DNA of 32,265 nucleotides from an uncultured archaeon (GTDB lineage: Archaea; Aenigmatarchaeota; Aenigmatarchaeia; GW2011-AR5; WALA01): positions 1 through 32,265 of the forward strand of contig CAYYKR010000001.1 in assembly GCA_964469235.1 (NCBI GenBank), in the 5' to 3' direction. The notes beneath the pieces are model-generated. The model was not told the origin of the DNA, did no database searches, and saw nothing but the letters and a program-made list of their open reading frames with translations. Position 1 is the stretch's first letter. Each line of letters begins with the position of its first letter. Shown here in pieces: positions 16,969 through 24,542 of this stretch. The position numbers and the translations under genes were made by a program.

Positions 16969-17733
16969 ATGGAAATAAAGATTTTGGATAATCAAAAGTA
17001 TAGAATGAAATTTATTGTTAGTGGAGTTAACAACAGATTTATGAACACTCTTAGAAGATTTGCGTACGGCGAAGTTCCTACAATGGCTGTGGACACGGTC
17101 AGATTTCAAGAAAACACATCTGGGATGTATGACGAAGTCCTAGCTCATAGAATAGGATTGATACCATTGACGTACGATGATAATGCATTTTCTTATGGCA
17201 GTAAAAAGAAAGTAACACTTGTCCTTGAAAAAGAAGGGCCGTGTGTTGTTATGTCTGGTGATATGAAATCTACAGATGATTCGGTCGTTCCAGTTTACAA
17301 CAACATTCCAATTATGACACTTCTAGAGCATCAAAAGCTAAAATTCGAAGCTGATGCAATTCTTGGAAAAGGAAAAGACCATGCAAAATGGCAGGCATCT
17401 GTATTCGGATACAAAAATATTCCATCTGTAAAAATAAACAGACAAAAATGTACTAATTGCAAAAAATGCATTGATGTTTGTCCAAAGAATGTTTTTGTCA
17501 TGAAGGATGGAAAGGTTGGAATTGATAAATCGTTTGAATGTGATTTGTGCAATAGGTGCGTTGAAGTTTGTCCAGATGGAGCGGTGTCTGTAACCTATGA
17601 TAAAGAGTCATTTTACGTTGATATTGAAAGTGTTTCAGGATTATCCGCTGAAAAAGTTTTGAAAAAAGCCCTCGAGGAAATGGGAGCTCACATTGAGAAA
17701 TTAAGTAAAGATATATCAAAGGCACTTAAGTAG
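16969..17733 (+). CDS. rpoD: DNA-directed RNA polymerase subunit D (Rpo3) with di-cluster ferredoxin-like insert
   Basis: NTLRRFAYGEVPTMAVDTVRFQENTSGMYDEVLAHRIGLIPL dimerisation domain. CTNCKKCIDVCP and CDLCNRCVEVCP give two complete Cx2Cx2Cx3CP motifs. The track start at 16963 is GTG; an in-frame ATG lies at 16969. Confidence 0.92.
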   Translation: MEIKILDNQKYRMKFIVSGVNNRFMNTLRRFAYGEVPTMAVDTVRFQENTSGMYDEVLAHRIGLIPLTYDDNAFSYGSKKKVTLVLEKEGPCVVMSGDMKSTDDSVVPVYNNIPIMTLLEHQKLKFEADAILGKGKDHAKWQASVFGYKNIPSVKINRQKCTNCKKCIDVCPKNVFVMKDGKVGIDKSFECDLCNRCVEVCPDGAVSVTYDKESFYVDIESVSGLSAEKVLKKALEEMGAHIEKLSKDISKALK

Positions 17734-17779
17734 GCACGCTTTAAAATTTAAATATATGTATTTAAAATGATAAAAGCGT

Positions 17780-17878
17780 GCGGGGGTGCCCAAGCCTGGT
17801 CAAAGGGGCAGGACTTAAGGAATTTATGAGAAATCCTGTGGCTTAGTGCCTTCGAGGGTTCAAATCCCTTCCCCCGCA
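17780..17878 (+). tRNA. tRNA-Leu (anticodon UAA) with 13-nt intron at 37/38
   Basis: Acceptor GCGGGGG/CCCCCGC plus discriminator A. Anticodon stem CAGGA(17809-13)/UCCUG(17834-38), anticodon TAA at 17816-18, long variable arm, T-arm GAGGG-TTCAAAT-CCCTT. Intron 17820-17832. No encoded CCA. Confidence 0.9.
17820..17832 (+). other. tRNA-Leu intron (13 nt), relaxed bulge-helix-bulge
   Basis: 4-bp helix C14-G30, U15-A29, U16.G28, A17-U27 (last two digits of coordinates) flanked by 3-nt bulges AGG (17818-20) and AAA (17831-33). Only 6 nt remain for the outer part. Confidence 0.75.
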
Positions 17879-17893
17879 TAAGTTCAAAGGTGA

Positions 17894-18238
17894 ATGTTTA
17901 TGAGAAGAGAAAAAGCAAATCCAGAATTGAAAAATTTGATAAATTTGTTTAGAAGTCAAAAGGATAAGTTTTACAAATTAATTTCGAAATATTTATCAAG
18001 ACCTAAAAGAAAGATGGAGCCTGTAAATCTTTTGAAGATAAATAAAACATCGCTTGACAATGATGTTGTTGTTGTTCCATCAAAAGTTTTGGCTCATGGT
18101 GATTTGACAAAGAAGGTAAAGATTTATGCATTTTCATATTCAAAAAAGTGTGAAGAAAAGATAAAGTCAAGTGGCTCTGAAATTCATAAGCTTTCTGAGC
18201 TTCTTGATAAAAAGATAAAAGGTAGAATAATAATTTGA
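17894..18238 (+). CDS. rpl18e: 50S ribosomal protein L18e
   Basis: NPELKNLINLFRS...SRPKRKMEPVNLLKINK...VVVVPSKVLAHGDLTKKVKIYAFSYSKKCEEKI matches L18e. The second ATG at 17900 is an alternative start. Confidence 0.88.
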   Translation: MFMRREKANPELKNLINLFRSQKDKFYKLISKYLSRPKRKMEPVNLLKINKTSLDNDVVVVPSKVLAHGDLTKKVKIYAFSYSKKCEEKIKSSGSEIHKLSELLDKKIKGRIII

Positions 18239-18247
18239 GGTGTAAAA

Positions 18248-18649
18248 ATGATAATAGATGCTGATGGTGCAATTGCAGGCAGATTGTCTTCATATGCAGC
18301 TAAACAATTAATGAAAGGCGAGAAAGTTATAATTGTCAATGCCGAAAAGGCTGTAATAACTGGAAATTCAAAATCCATTATGAAAGAATTTTACACGAGG
18401 AGAGAAATATCTCATCCAAAATATGGGCCATTTTTCCCAAGACGTCCTGATTTAATTTTGAGAAGAATGATACGTGGAATGGTACCGTACAAAAAACCTA
18501 CCGGAAGAAATGCATTTCGCAAACTCAAAGTTCATATTGGCGTTCCAGAAAAGTTGGATGAAGAACCCAAAAAATTTGCAAAGAAAAAAATAACAACTTC
18601 ATACATGACTATTCTAGATATATCAAAAAAATTAGGTTGGAGTGATTGA
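18248..18649 (+). CDS. rpl13: 50S ribosomal protein L13 (uL13)
   Basis: IIDADGAIAGRLSSYAAKQLMKGEKVIIVNAEKAVITGN...RRMIRGMVPYKKPTGRNAFRKLKVHIGVP. Confidence 0.93.
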   Translation: MIIDADGAIAGRLSSYAAKQLMKGEKVIIVNAEKAVITGNSKSIMKEFYTRREISHPKYGPFFPRRPDLILRRMIRGMVPYKKPTGRNAFRKLKVHIGVPEKLDEEPKKFAKKKITTSYMTILDISKKLGWSD

Positions 18650-19059
18650 TGATGAAAAAGCAGAAAAATATACAAACTGTTGGAAAAAGAAAGAAGGCAA
18701 TTGCACGGGCTACTTCAAAACCAGGGAGTGGTATTATAAAGGTAAATTCCAGACCGTTAAGCGAGTTTGGAACGAGATATATTAATATGTGGGTAAGAGA
18801 ACCTTTGATGCTTGCTGGAAAAGTAGCTACGAAATTAGATATAAATGTAACCGTTACCGGAGGCGGAGTATGGGGTCAGGCAAGTGCAGTTAGAACTGCA
18901 ATAGGCCAAGCTCTTGTGAAACTTGATGATAAATTACGTGACAAATTTGTAAGTTATGATAGAACTCTTCTCATTTCAGATTCAAGAAGAACTGAACCGC
19001 ACAAACCTTCAAGAAGTAGTGCCGGACCGAGAAGAAAGAAGCAGCAAAGTAAGAGGTAG
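18646..19059 (+). CDS. rps9: 30S ribosomal protein S9 (uS9)
   Basis: TVGKRKKAIARATSKPGSGIIKVN...VTGGGVWGQASAVRTAIGQALV...RRTEPHKPSRSSAGPRRKKQQSKR. 18646 is TTG; the ATGs at 18649/18652 after GGAGTGA are likelier starts. Confidence 0.93.
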   Translation: MMMKKQKNIQTVGKRKKAIARATSKPGSGIIKVNSRPLSEFGTRYINMWVREPLMLAGKVATKLDINVTVTGGGVWGQASAVRTAIGQALVKLDDKLRDKFVSYDRTLLISDSRRTEPHKPSRSSAGPRRKKQQSKR

Positions 19060-19065
19060 ATTAGT

Positions 19066-19269
19066 ATGATGATACCTGTTAGATGCCCAACTTGCGGAAA
19101 GCCGATAGGACATCTTTGTGTCGAATATGAAAAGAGAGTTAAAAATGGAGAAAATCCAGAAAAAGTTCTGGATGATTTAGGATTAGATAGATATTGCTGT
19201 CGAACTGCTGTTATGACATATGTAGACTTAACAGGTACAATTGCAAAATTCAAAAAAATCAATTCTTAA
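19066..19269 (+). CDS. rpoN: DNA-directed RNA polymerase subunit N (Rpo10)
   Basis: MIPVRCPTCGKPIGHL...LDDLGLDRYCCRTAVMTYVDL, the canonical zinc-bundle subunit N. Confidence 0.92.
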   Translation: MMIPVRCPTCGKPIGHLCVEYEKRVKNGENPEKVLDDLGLDRYCCRTAVMTYVDLTGTIAKFKKINS

Positions 19270-20366
19270 ATTTTTATTTTTTTAATTAAATCTTTATCTT
19301 CTTTTGGTACACTATTCATCTTTAATATTATTTTCCTTAAAATAGGAAGTTCTATCTTTACAAATCTTTGAATTGATATATGAAGTTCTTCTGCATATTT
19401 TTTGAGAACGAACATTTCCTTATCTGAAAGTTTATTTTTGCTAAATCGCTTTGGTGGTGAGTATTTAACAAATTTTTTATACTTCTTTTTTTTACAAAGG
19501 CTTATTGCTGCAAGGAGCTCATACATATAACTTGAAAATCCCCAGTACTGCCTTTTCATTATTCTCGATTCCATCAAATCTTCGTATGACAAAATTTCAA
19601 AAGCTTTTGATATTTCTTCCGGATCCTCATATTCATTTGGAATGTTTTCTTCAATCCACCATTTTAATTCTCTCAAATCTTTGTCAGAATTTCTTATTGC
19701 GTCAAGTGCATTTGAATATGTCGATGACTTAAAAATTATTCCAAGAACATTGAACACGTCTTTTAATTTATTTCTGTAGAACTCAAGATTCATGGATTCC
19801 AAATCAAGTATGGCTGCTCTCAAATCCCCATCTGAGTTGAGTGCTATTTGTTTTATATTCTTTTCATTAATCTCCACACCTTCCTTTAAAGAAATTTTTT
19901 TCAGAATGTTTTCAATAGTGTTAATTCTTATTTTATAATATTTTATTACTTCGAAATTTCTTATAAGAGATCTTAACTTGGATTTGTACGCATCATTTAC
20001 TATAAGTATTATTGGAGATTTTGTAACTTTTATAAGTTCATTGAGACCTTTCAGCGATGATATTGTTTCCGCTTCATCAATTACAATCATTTTTTTCTTT
20101 CTAAATAAACTCATCTGTGTGGAGGAATTTATGACTGTATCCTTAAACGATTGATAATCTCTCATTTCGTCTGAATTCAGATTGATAATCTCTCTATTTA
20201 ATTTTTTTCCAATGAGCTCCACCGATACGGTTTTTCCGCATCCAGGTGGTCCAGTAATTAGAATAGGTTTTTTGTAATGTTCTATTGAATATATGACTCT
20301 TTCAACCTGAGATTTGTTTCCAGCAAGTTCAGATATACTCTTAGGTTTGTATTTCATAAGCAGCAT
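19266..20366 (-). CDS. rfcL: replication factor C large subunit (AAA+ clamp loader), short form
   Basis: KYKPKSISELAGNK, Walker A GPPGCGKT, Walker B MIVIDEAE, LIVNDAYKSKLRSL, GDLRAAILDLES. The track start at 20378 is TTG; ATG at 20366. Its stop overlaps the rpoN stop by 4 nt (convergent). Confidence 0.85.
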   Translation of the reverse strand: MLLMKYKPKSISELAGNKSQVERVIYSIEHYKKPILITGPPGCGKTVSVELIGKKLNREIINLNSDEMRDYQSFKDTVINSSTQMSLFRKKKMIVIDEAETISSLKGLNELIKVTKSPIILIVNDAYKSKLRSLIRNFEVIKYYKIRINTIENILKKISLKEGVEINEKNIKQIALNSDGDLRAAILDLESMNLEFYRNKLKDVFNVLGIIFKSSTYSNALDAIRNSDKDLRELKWWIEENIPNEYEDPEEISKAFEILSYEDLMESRIMKRQYWGFSSYMYELLAAISLCKKKKYKKFVKYSPPKRFSKNKLSDKEMFVLKKYAEELHISIQRFVKIELPILRKIILKMNSVPKEDKDLIKKIKI

Positions 20367-20402
20367 TTTCTCATCCAATTAAATAGATTGATAAGTGTTT
20401 AA

Positions 20403-20831
20403 ATGCTTTTTGAAAAATATAATAGTATGGACTATATGGAACTTTTGAAAAGGGCAAATGACTTGAAATCAACTAGTAGCGGTGATTCTGAAAGATTTGA
20501 AATGCCCCGCGCTAATGTAAATTATTCCGGGAATAAGACTATAATAACAAATTTTGGAAAAATTGCTTCGATATTGAGAAGAGAAAAGAAGCACATTTCA
20601 AAATATATGTCTAAGGAGCTCGCTGCGCCAGGAGAGATAAATGGAAACGAACTTATTATACTTTCTAGAATTCCAAGAAACATACTTCAGAAGAAATTGG
20701 AATCATACGTTAAAGAATATGTTTTGTGCCCGCAGTGTGGAAAGCCGGATACAAAAATAGTTAAAGAAGGTAAAATAACATATTTGAAATGTGAAGCGTG
20801 CGGTGCCAAGAAATTTTTGAAAAATTTGTGA
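20403..20831 (+). CDS. eif2b: translation initiation factor aIF2 beta subunit
   Basis: RFEMPRANVNYSGNKTIITNF, HISKYMSKELAAPG, C-terminal zinc ribbon CPQCGKPDT...LKCEACGA. Confidence 0.9.
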   Translation: MLFEKYNSMDYMELLKRANDLKSTSSGDSERFEMPRANVNYSGNKTIITNFGKIASILRREKKHISKYMSKELAAPGEINGNELIILSRIPRNILQKKLESYVKEYVLCPQCGKPDTKIVKEGKITYLKCEACGAKKFLKNL

Positions 20832-20840
20832 TGTGATAAA

Positions 20841-21125
20841 ATGTTCTCATACACATACTTTGAGGATTTGAAGATGATTGGAATTTGTGATTCAGAATTA
20901 CTTGGAAAGAAACTTAACGGAGAAATTGAATTTTTGGTATCGAAATCTTTTTACGGTATGTCCGAGTGCAAAGAAGATGAAATATTGGAATTCATTGAAA
21001 AGGCAACCAATATAAATTGCATAGGAAACAGGATAGTTGATTTTCTCATAGAGAAAAAAATTATAGAAGAAAAAAATGTTATGATTATAGATGGTGTAAA
21101 ACATGCTCAAGTTTACAAAATCTAA
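20841..21125 (+). CDS. DUF424-like small protein (tentative)
   Basis: 94 aa. MIGICDSELLGKK...FLVSKSFYG...NCIGNRIVDFLIEKKII...IIDGVKHAQVY resembles the archaeal DUF424 family as I remember it. Confidence 0.5.
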   Translation: MFSYTYFEDLKMIGICDSELLGKKLNGEIEFLVSKSFYGMSECKEDEILEFIEKATNINCIGNRIVDFLIEKKIIEEKNVMIIDGVKHAQVYKI

Positions 21126-21444
21126 AAGGCCAAAGGGTCAGTGGTTTCTTATTTCGATAGTTATAATTTCATATTCGCTCCTTTCAATATATTCCGTTAT
21201 GTATTCGTTCTTAGGAAACAAATATTTTTGGAACTTGGTAAATAACAACAAGGGATATACAATGCGAAATATAAATGATTATCTAAAATCTACAATGAAT
21301 TATCAAAAGAGCGATGTCGATATAAATGAATCCATATATTTTATTGAAAAGAATCTTGCAGAGCGCGGGGTTTATGCAAATATAACTTACGGTCATAATG
21401 CCGATGGAAGTATATGGTACGATGTAAATATCCTTAATTCGTAA
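21103..21444 (+). CDS. small secreted/membrane-anchored protein, possible class III (type IV pilin-like) signal
   Basis: N-terminus MLKFTKSKRPKG-QWFLISIVIISYSLLSIYSVMY: basic stretch, KG then Q, then about 20 hydrophobic residues. Overlaps the previous ORF by 23 nt and the convergent Pop5 3' end by 11 nt. Confidence 0.4.
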   Translation: MLKFTKSKRPKGQWFLISIVIISYSLLSIYSVMYSFLGNKYFWNLVNNNKGYTMRNINDYLKSTMNYQKSDVDINESIYFIEKNLAERGVYANITYGHNADGSIWYDVNILNS

Positions 21445-21805
21445 AATCTTCGAGTGATTTAATTCCAAGATATTTTATTTTGCAGGTCTTTATAGTTCCT
21501 GTAACTCCTAGAATTTTAATTATAACCTTTGAATCTCCAATCATTTTTATGAATGCAAGAGAAGCTCTCACCTGCTCGACTAGGTCATGCTTACATCTTA
21601 AAATTCCTTTTTTTCCATCGTATAAGTTTTTAATTACCCACACATGAGATTCGGCCGTTCCTTTTTCTCCAAATAATTCAAGCATAGAATTCCAGACAGC
21701 TGTAGAAAACTCAGCATAATCTATATCTTTTTCTGATATAATTTCAAAAGCTATATATCTTTTTCTCATTCTAAGCGTCGGTGGGAGAATCTTTGGTTTT
21801 TCCAT
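21434..21805 (-). CDS. rnp2: RNase P protein component 2 (Pop5/Rpp14)
   Basis: LPPTLRMRKRYIAFEIISE N-terminus and about 120 aa size, typical of archaeal Pop5. Overlaps Rpp30 by 35 nt. Confidence 0.85.
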   Translation of the reverse strand: MEKPKILPPTLRMRKRYIAFEIISEKDIDYAEFSTAVWNSMLELFGEKGTAESHVWVIKNLYDGKKGILRCKHDLVEQVRASLAFIKMIGDSKVIIKILGVTGTIKTCKIKYLGIKSLEDFTN

Positions 21806-22514
21806 CTTCCATTACCTCCACATTTCCAACAATTTTTCCTTGAAGTTTCTTTCTATTCTCTTCTACAATCTGCCTTGGTGTTACAGATACAGTATCTATT
21901 GCATCAACAACATTGAGTCCTACTAAATTGGCAATTGATGCAAGTTCTCTTCCAGCACGCATATTCCATATGGAAGTTGCACTCGATGTCGTCACTATTG
22001 GTGCTTTATACTTTTGACAAAGGTCTATATTTTTCATAATTTTTCTCATTACATAAGTTCTTATCTTTCCATAACTTTCAAGGAGCTCCCTGAAATTTAT
22101 CTCTATTGAAACTCCATTATCGGCGGCACTTTTAATGCACACATGGTCAAGTCCGGAATCTTTTCTGTTCAGTTCCGGATGTGCAAGTATGTCTACTTTT
22201 GGATTTTCACACGCAGCTCGGTTTATTTCATACGAGCCACCGTGAACGATTACCAATTCAACTTTTTTCCTTGCCATATTTATTATATTGTTTAAGTCCT
22301 GAACCTTGTCCGCCTTTACAATAACCCCAGAGACGATATCTATGTCATCGTATTTTGGCAATTTTTCCAGATATTCGTTTAAATCCTTTAAAGAAGTATA
22401 ATATGTTGGCATGCATATACCGTCAAATTCGAGCTTTCTAGCCATATCTATAACTTCCTCGGGCGTATTTTCTCCTATTGAAAACTTGCTATGTACAACC
22501 AAGTCGTAAAACAT
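21771..22514 (-). CDS. rnp3: RNase P protein component 3 (Rpp30), PHP/TIM-barrel type
   Basis: MFYDLVVHS start, VIVHGG, VDILAHPE, GVSIEINFREL, with the conserved adjacency to Pop5. The track start at 22523 is TTG; ATG at 22514. Confidence 0.85.
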   Translation of the reverse strand: MFYDLVVHSKFSIGENTPEEVIDMARKLEFDGICMPTYYTSLKDLNEYLEKLPKYDDIDIVSGVIVKADKVQDLNNIINMARKKVELVIVHGGSYEINRAACENPKVDILAHPELNRKDSGLDHVCIKSAADNGVSIEINFRELLESYGKIRTYVMRKIMKNIDLCQKYKAPIVTTSSATSIWNMRAGRELASIANLVGLNVVDAIDTVSVTPRQIVEENRKKLQGKIVGNVEVMEDGKTKDSPTDA

Positions 22515-22679
22515 CTTAACCAATAAAAATATCCCTTTTAAATCTTTTAAACGTTAGAATTTCGAACTTTATGCCTTCATAAAAACATTTAAATATTTGG
22601 TAGTATAAAGTAGTATAATGAAGTAATAGGTATTACAAAAAATATGTTAAAGGAAAATTAAGCTCTGAGAGGTTTATGC

Positions 22680-23621
22680 ATGTCAGTTGTGATTGCCCTT
22701 GACCACGATGGAACGTTGTCGAAGTATGATATAGGAAAAGATTACTTAAGTCATTCCTTTCCGGAAGTTTATAAAAGATTTAATGCACGCGGAAAAAATG
22801 AAAAAGAAAAATTCTCTTATGTTGTAGAGGAAATACGATCAGGAAAATACAACAATTTTATAAAAAACGAGTTGGGCTTAGACTATGATTCTGAAAGGGA
22901 CCATGGAACTGAGCTCGCAATAATGGTTCTTCTAGAATCAAAGTACGATGGCATTACAAAAGAGAAAATTGAAGATATTGTTAAAGATGTTGCAAGAAAC
23001 AACCATGTTCTAAAAGATGGCGCGGCAGAATTTTTGAGGAATGATGGTTATGAAACCTGGATATCAACTGCAGGTGTGGAAAATTTCATAGGAGAATTAT
23101 TCAAAGTATATGATATTAATCATGGAAATGAAAATTTTTACATTGTTGGAACGAAGCTAAAGTATGATAAAAATGGGAAACCGCAATCTATAATTCAAAA
23201 GAACGGGCGCTATCAAAAGGGAGAAAATTTGAAAAAAATAATTAGTAATGACGATAAAATAATTGCAGTTGGCGATAGTTCTGGAGATTCCAAAGTAATG
23301 GATATGGCATTGAAAAATGATGGGGTTGCAATATCGTCTGGAAGGGGAGCAGATAAATATTCTGGGATATATGTACTTGATAAAAATGGGTCCTTCTTTG
23401 GAGAGATTGCATCTATAATTGCATCCAAGAATATTTTAGACGGAAAAGAATCCAAAGTTGCTCTTGAAGAACTGGAAAGTTATTTTGGAAAGCCTGGAAT
23501 GCTAAATGAAATAGAATTCGGTATTGGAAATTCTGCCAATGAAAATTCAAGAGTTGTTTTTGATATTCTAAAAAAATTTGCTCCAAGAAATAATAATAAG
23601 AAAATTTTCACGGTGGTTTAA
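22680..23621 (+). CDS. HAD-superfamily phosphatase (phosphoserine-phosphatase-like)
   Basis: Motif I ALDHDGT (DxDxT), STAG motif II candidate, motif IV AVGDSSGDSKVM. Confidence 0.7.
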   Translation: MSVVIALDHDGTLSKYDIGKDYLSHSFPEVYKRFNARGKNEKEKFSYVVEEIRSGKYNNFIKNELGLDYDSERDHGTELAIMVLLESKYDGITKEKIEDIVKDVARNNHVLKDGAAEFLRNDGYETWISTAGVENFIGELFKVYDINHGNENFYIVGTKLKYDKNGKPQSIIQKNGRYQKGENLKKIISNDDKIIAVGDSSGDSKVMDMALKNDGVAISSGRGADKYSGIYVLDKNGSFFGEIASIIASKNILDGKESKVALEELESYFGKPGMLNEIEFGIGNSANENSRVVFDILKKFAPRNNNKKIFTVV

Positions 23622-24541
23622 TGGTAAAGGTAATATCTTTTGGCGAGGCTCTTATTGATATGATAGGCGAGCGTGGTAAAGGCTTGGACGGAACTAAATT
23701 ATTTGAAAAACATTTCGGTGGAGCTCCAGCAAACTATGCAATAGCAGTTAGGCGACTTGGTGTAAAGTCATCTCTCCTAACGCGCATAAGTGATGACAAT
23801 TTTGGCAATTTTTTGATGAATATATTGAAGAAAAATAAAGTAGACACATCCATGATTGTTAGGACAAAAAAGAAAACCACACTTGCATTCGTTTCTTTGA
23901 ATAAAAGCGGAGTTCCAGAATTTTCATTTTATAGAAACGATACGGCTGATTTGGATGTAAGAAAGAGTGATATAAAGGAAAAATACTTTGATGGTGTAAA
24001 GATATTTCACTTTTGTTCTCTATCACTCGTTGAAGAACCTGTGAGGTCTGCACTTTTTAAGGCATTGAAGATAGCTAAAAGAAAAAACGTTCTCATATCT
24101 TATGATCCAAATCTTAGAAGAGATTTGATGAAAAGAGATACTATGAAATACGTTAGGAAGGCTGCAAAGTATGCTGATATCCTTATTCCATCCGAGGACG
24201 AGATAAGGAAAATCACGAATGAGACATCATTGGATTCCGCTGCAAATCATTACAAGGGAAAGAGATTGATAGTGACAATGGGAGCAAAAGGTTCTGTTAT
24301 GTACTATGCTAAATCAAAGATAATATTTCCTCCATTTAAAGTGAAAGTTGTTGACACAACCGGAGCTGGAGATGCATTTTCTGCCGGTGTATCCGTTGGA
24401 ATTATAAATGGATACGAAGGAGAAAAGTTACTTAAATTTGCATCTTCTGTTGCTGCATTGTCCATACAAAAGAAAGGTGCAATATCATCTCTTCCGAGCA
24501 TTATAAATGTTAAGAAATTTCTTAAAAAATACGAAAGATAA
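23621..24541 (+). CDS. PfkB-family sugar kinase (fructokinase/KDG-kinase-like)
   Basis: VISFGEALIDMI N-terminus, GGAPANYA, DPNLR, VVDTTGAGDAFSAG anion-hole/catalytic motif. Start overlaps the HAD stop (TAATG). Confidence 0.85.
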   Translation: MVKVISFGEALIDMIGERGKGLDGTKLFEKHFGGAPANYAIAVRRLGVKSSLLTRISDDNFGNFLMNILKKNKVDTSMIVRTKKKTTLAFVSLNKSGVPEFSFYRNDTADLDVRKSDIKEKYFDGVKIFHFCSLSLVEEPVRSALFKALKIAKRKNVLISYDPNLRRDLMKRDTMKYVRKAAKYADILIPSEDEIRKITNETSLDSAANHYKGKRLIVTMGAKGSVMYYAKSKIIFPPFKVKVVDTTGAGDAFSAGVSVGIINGYEGEKLLKFASSVAALSIQKKGAISSLPSIINVKKFLKKYER

Positions 24542-24542
24542 A

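Noticed and set aside
22524-22679. The largest intergenic spacer (156 bp) contains the tandem TAGTATAAAG / TAGTATAATG (22601-22620). I looked there for a C/D-box or other small RNA.
   Set aside because: There is no RUGAUGA C box, only a lone CTGA, and no convincing terminal stem. The tandem 10-mers look like duplicated TATA-like elements of the divergent Rpp30/HAD promoters in AT-rich DNA.
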